A DNA stretch of 60,193 nucleotides from Bugula neritina. Taxonomy: Eukaryota; Animalia; Bryozoa. Position 1 is the stretch's first letter, and each line of letters opens with the position of its first letter. The stretch is from the NCBI GenBank assembly GCA_964035545.1, contig CAXIUT010000257.1, positions 1 through 60,193 on the forward strand, given 5' to 3'. Below, piece by piece: positions 56,975 to 60,193 of this stretch. The position numbers and the translations under genes are program-made. Below the pieces are notes generated by a model. That model searched no databases. It saw only the letters and a program-made list of their open reading frames with translations, and was not told where the DNA came from.

Positions 56975-59067
56975 CAGTTTACTCCAGATCCGGAAATAGT
57001 GTCTTTTATTATGAGAACCAATTGGTCAGACAATGCCGTCGTGTAGCGCGCTGCTACATCGACACTATCGCGCCAAGGCTCTACGATGAAGGGATAAATT
57101 GTAACGTTGAGATCGCCGTTGTCGCAAGTATATGCCCCTCCTTCGCCCAATGCTGCTGGCGAAAATCCTCTGGGCTGCAAACGGCTTGTGTCTAATGGTT
57201 TGGTGCTTGGAATATGGCGCATGATCGAGAAAACTTTGAACTGCACAGGGACACCTGGTCGCGTGTTAAGCCGGGCTACCGCATCTGTAAACAGTTCACC
57301 TTTGCATGGGTCAACCGTCTCATCGCTTGTATCTGGCTGGACATAGCTCAGTAATGTAACGGTCAGCGCCGTCAAACCGTCTTCCGTTGCCTTATCTTGC
57401 AGCGGAGAAATCGCTTTCTCTAGCGCTTTCGCATCAAGTGCCATCCGAGAATTGATCAGCTTCGTGCGGAAACGGTTTACCTTTTTAAACGACCCTAGAA
57501 TACGGTTTCGCAGCGCATCTGAGCCGAGTTCCAATGCCTTATTGAAAACTCCGCGCCCGGACACGTTTCCCATGGTGAGATTATCCAACGACCATGCCTG
57601 GGACCCGCTTGTTTTGGACAGGCGGAAGTGTGCTGCCTGTACCGCATCCACAGATTTGCGGGCTAAATCGGCGGCATCTAACGGATCGAGCCCTAGGCGT
57701 TCTTCAAGTTCTTTCCCATCAATCAGAAAAACATGCGCTAAAGCTTCGCGCTTCGCATCGCCAACACCAAGCCCAATTTCCAAAGTCTTCTGAACCGGCA
57801 ATGTCACCTCCTGGTCAGTGAAATCACAATTCTCGACAGGTGCCACATTAACAAGGGTTGCCCGAACTTGATTTTGGTTAATCAAAAAGGGTTGTTTGAT
57901 CGCTGCACCAGTACGTAAACTACCATCAGCTTGACGCCTAGGTTCCAATTCCAATTTTGCGGCTACCCCATCGGTATCGGTATAGTGCAAATCGAATCGG
58001 CAATTTCCGTAGTTAAGCACTGCTGGAATTTTGAGAAAAACCTGCTCAGGCATTTCAACCGCCGCGCCTTCCTTGATTACCCAAGTGCCATTGTTGGACA
58101 CGTCAATTCGCGCTTTTAGTGCCGTAAGTTTAGCCATCTGCGATCCACTTTCGGTGCAATCTACGCGATCTTCAAAAACGTCGGCTCCAAGCGCCAAAAG
58201 AATGCAATCCAGACGATCTATCCCAAGATCTTGTGCATCTTCTACGCGTCCGTCGTTGTATTTAATCTTTATGTTTGGTCCACTCCTCTGTGCAGAAACC
58301 TGTGCGGATGGGGCTTTTATCTCCACTTTTAGAATGGCTTTCTTCGTTTCTCTGGTCGGTGTCGGTACTGCAGCCTTTACGAAAGACTTCATGCTCTCAC
58401 AATTAACGCCACCGCAAAGTACAAAAATTGGCATGCCTTCCTTGACGCTGGCCAATTGAAAAAATTTCTTAATGTTCTCTGATATACCGTCGGCTTTGAT
58501 GCTACGACTATGTCCAACATTCCCTTTTTTCAGTCCAAGATAACGAGGTTCAGACAGGTTTTGGCTATCAAGTTTCAGAAATAGATTTGTGCCGTCAGTT
58601 TCAACTTTTCCATTGAAAAAGGCCGATATATTGAAGTTTTTGGCAGCCCACTTTTTGGCTTTCGTTTCAGCGTCAGCGGCCGTTTCAAAAGTACGTACAA
58701 GCAAGACCGGTAAACGGGTGTTATTAAGAAAACGAAATTGGTCTGGGTTAGGATCTTTGTTGGCAACAAGCTCTACAACAATCAGTTTACAACCTAATTT
58801 CACAGCGTTGCTATCACTGGGTGAATCTGTCAGCAAATATGGTTCAGTTCTAGAATCCAATATTTCTCTGACGCTCACGGGGTCGTTAGAAACTGTCCAC
58901 CCAATTCGACTGAAAATCATTGCGCCAGATATCTCAGTACTCTCTAAGAAACCTGCAGAGGACAGTAAGCTTTGACAATCAAACTCATCCTGTGTTTGAG
59001 CGGTTAGCGGCCCCGACAAAGCAAACAATAATACTGTTCCAAAACTCTGAATCAATTGTTTAAGCAT
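56974..59067 (-). CDS. Duplicate of 2153..4246 (secreted protein)
   Basis: Identical translation inside the terminal repeat. Confidence 0.85.
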   Translation of the reverse strand: MLKQLIQSFGTVLLFALSGPLTAQTQDEFDCQSLLSSAGFLESTEISGAMIFSRIGWTVSNDPVSVREILDSRTEPYLLTDSPSDSNAVKLGCKLIVVELVANKDPNPDQFRFLNNTRLPVLLVRTFETAADAETKAKKWAAKNFNISAFFNGKVETDGTNLFLKLDSQNLSEPRYLGLKKGNVGHSRSIKADGISENIKKFFQLASVKEGMPIFVLCGGVNCESMKSFVKAAVPTPTRETKKAILKVEIKAPSAQVSAQRSGPNIKIKYNDGRVEDAQDLGIDRLDCILLALGADVFEDRVDCTESGSQMAKLTALKARIDVSNNGTWVIKEGAAVEMPEQVFLKIPAVLNYGNCRFDLHYTDTDGVAAKLELEPRRQADGSLRTGAAIKQPFLINQNQVRATLVNVAPVENCDFTDQEVTLPVQKTLEIGLGVGDAKREALAHVFLIDGKELEERLGLDPLDAADLARKSVDAVQAAHFRLSKTSGSQAWSLDNLTMGNVSGRGVFNKALELGSDALRNRILGSFKKVNRFRTKLINSRMALDAKALEKAISPLQDKATEDGLTALTVTLLSYVQPDTSDETVDPCKGELFTDAVARLNTRPGVPVQFKVFSIMRHIPSTKPLDTSRLQPRGFSPAALGEGGAYTCDNGDLNVTIYPFIVEPWRDSVDVAARYTTALSDQLVLIIKDTISGSGVN

Positions 59068-59079
59068 TAAACCGTCCTC

Positions 59080-59916
59080 CTATTCGAAAATGACAATATG
59101 CGCCGCATCGGAATTGTTGCGCGGAGCCAAGCGGATCATTTGGCCTGTACGATCACGAGCACAAAGATTTGGGACGTCATTTTCCCACACCCAGATCACG
59201 CGTCTAAGAGCTTTTTGACTTCCGTCCTGCGCGATCATCCAATCAAGACCCTGTTCACACTGCTTCACGCTTAACCGCGGGATTCCAACACGCAATGAAT
59301 TGATGTTTTTGGCTGTGGTGAGAGATAGCCGCGCGTTATCCCCCAAATAGCTGAAACCTGGATCAGGAGAGATCTCGAACGCGGCCAACCGCGCTTCGAG
59401 CTGCACAACGCGGGTTTCAGCCTTGAGGCGCTTATCGAGCTCGACTCTCAATTCATCGGTCCGCGCTGTCAACTGGTTCGCAAGGCGATTGACTTCGGCG
59501 CTCATTTCGCTCGTTGCTTCATTCTCTTTGGGGTCGTCACTAAAGGATGTGCAAGCTTCCAACCGATCATTCAAATTCAGATTCGAGCGACGGGCCTGCT
59601 GCCTGTCTTCTTTGCAAAATGTGATTTCTTCTTGCAGCAACTGTAACTGTGCGTCGTCAACACCGCAGCTATCTGCGGGTGGCTCCAAAGACGCCATTGA
59701 CGAAAGCATCAAGACAAGTTGGGCCTTGTCTGACGTACAGGACGCGAGGGCCAGCTGCGTCGCTGTTTTGGAGTCCGTTGTATTTTCAGCAGTCCCAACG
59801 GCTGTGGGTTCGGTCATTTGTTGGTCGCTTGTCGGTTCTGTTTCTTGCGCAGCAATGAATGTGGTGAAATTCAATCCCAAAATTGTAGCGCAAACAATGC
59901 GTCCGAATTGTATCAT
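59080..59916 (-). CDS. Duplicate of 4259..5095 (secreted coiled-coil protein)
   Basis: Identical translation inside the terminal repeat. Confidence 0.8.
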   Translation of the reverse strand: MIQFGRIVCATILGLNFTTFIAAQETEPTSDQQMTEPTAVGTAENTTDSKTATQLALASCTSDKAQLVLMLSSMASLEPPADSCGVDDAQLQLLQEEITFCKEDRQQARRSNLNLNDRLEACTSFSDDPKENEATSEMSAEVNRLANQLTARTDELRVELDKRLKAETRVVQLEARLAAFEISPDPGFSYLGDNARLSLTTAKNINSLRVGIPRLSVKQCEQGLDWMIAQDGSQKALRRVIWVWENDVPNLCARDRTGQMIRLAPRNNSDAAHIVIFE

Positions 59917-60193
59917 GGCGTTATTCCTGTAAATATTTCTTAAGCTGGTTGCGGGTTTGTCGCCACCAGATCGCAACGACCAATGCGGTAATAATAGCCG
60001 TCGCGGCCCCCAGCTTGACAACAGATTGTGTAAAGCCCACTTCGGCATAGTCCCAAATTGACCCCAGATTAGGCGGTAGAGCAGGCATTAGGAAATACAA
60101 AGCGAGCGCGCCGTATCCGACAAAGAAAACCAAAGCGAAGATAAAGGCGGGTATAAGATGGCAAAAAATGGCCCAAAAGATATCTAAAAAGCC

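Larger units (their letters stand above)
54822..60193. repeat. 5,372-bp direct terminal repeat (copy 2); implies a 54,821-bp circle
   Basis: cctgagaatgcctgcg... restarts at 54822 and matches the window start through ...tatctaaaaagcc. Confidence 0.97.

Overview
The window is almost certainly one complete circular plasmid of 54,821 bp from an alphaproteobacterium (probably Rhodobacterales, judged from its IS and WGR proteins). Bases 1-5372 recur at 54822-60193, which looks like an untrimmed assembly overlap. The backbone has a divergent Rep with six 19-bp iterons and a perfect DnaA box, a type Ib parA plus small adaptor, a TOPRIM primase, an RHH-RelE/ParE toxin-antitoxin pair and a serine resolvase. 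It also has two separate relaxase + coupling-protein pairs (MOB_P-like and Replic_Relax/MOB_C-like) but no mating-pore genes. Cargo includes a 1,958-aa DUF4011/SF1-helicase/Vsr-like (Hhe-type) defence candidate and several secreted proteins. Intact IS66 and IS5 (IS903-group) elements each split a gene of the same small operon. Two systems stand out. (1) An 11-12 gene, translationally coupled envelope operon encodes a minimal MotA/TolQ/ExbB-like channel with two Asp-bearing MotB/ExbD-like partners, a TPR-like protein, a fused ABC ATPase-permease, periplasmic coiled-coil proteins and a secreted vWA/MIDAS protein. (2) A module at 34.9-41.5 kb has six same-strand copies of GTAGTGATAA; these mark two genes that share an N-terminal beta-sheet DNA-binding-like domain, plus a stand-alone integrase core-binding-like ORF. 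All family assignments come from motif recognition by eye; no searches were run.
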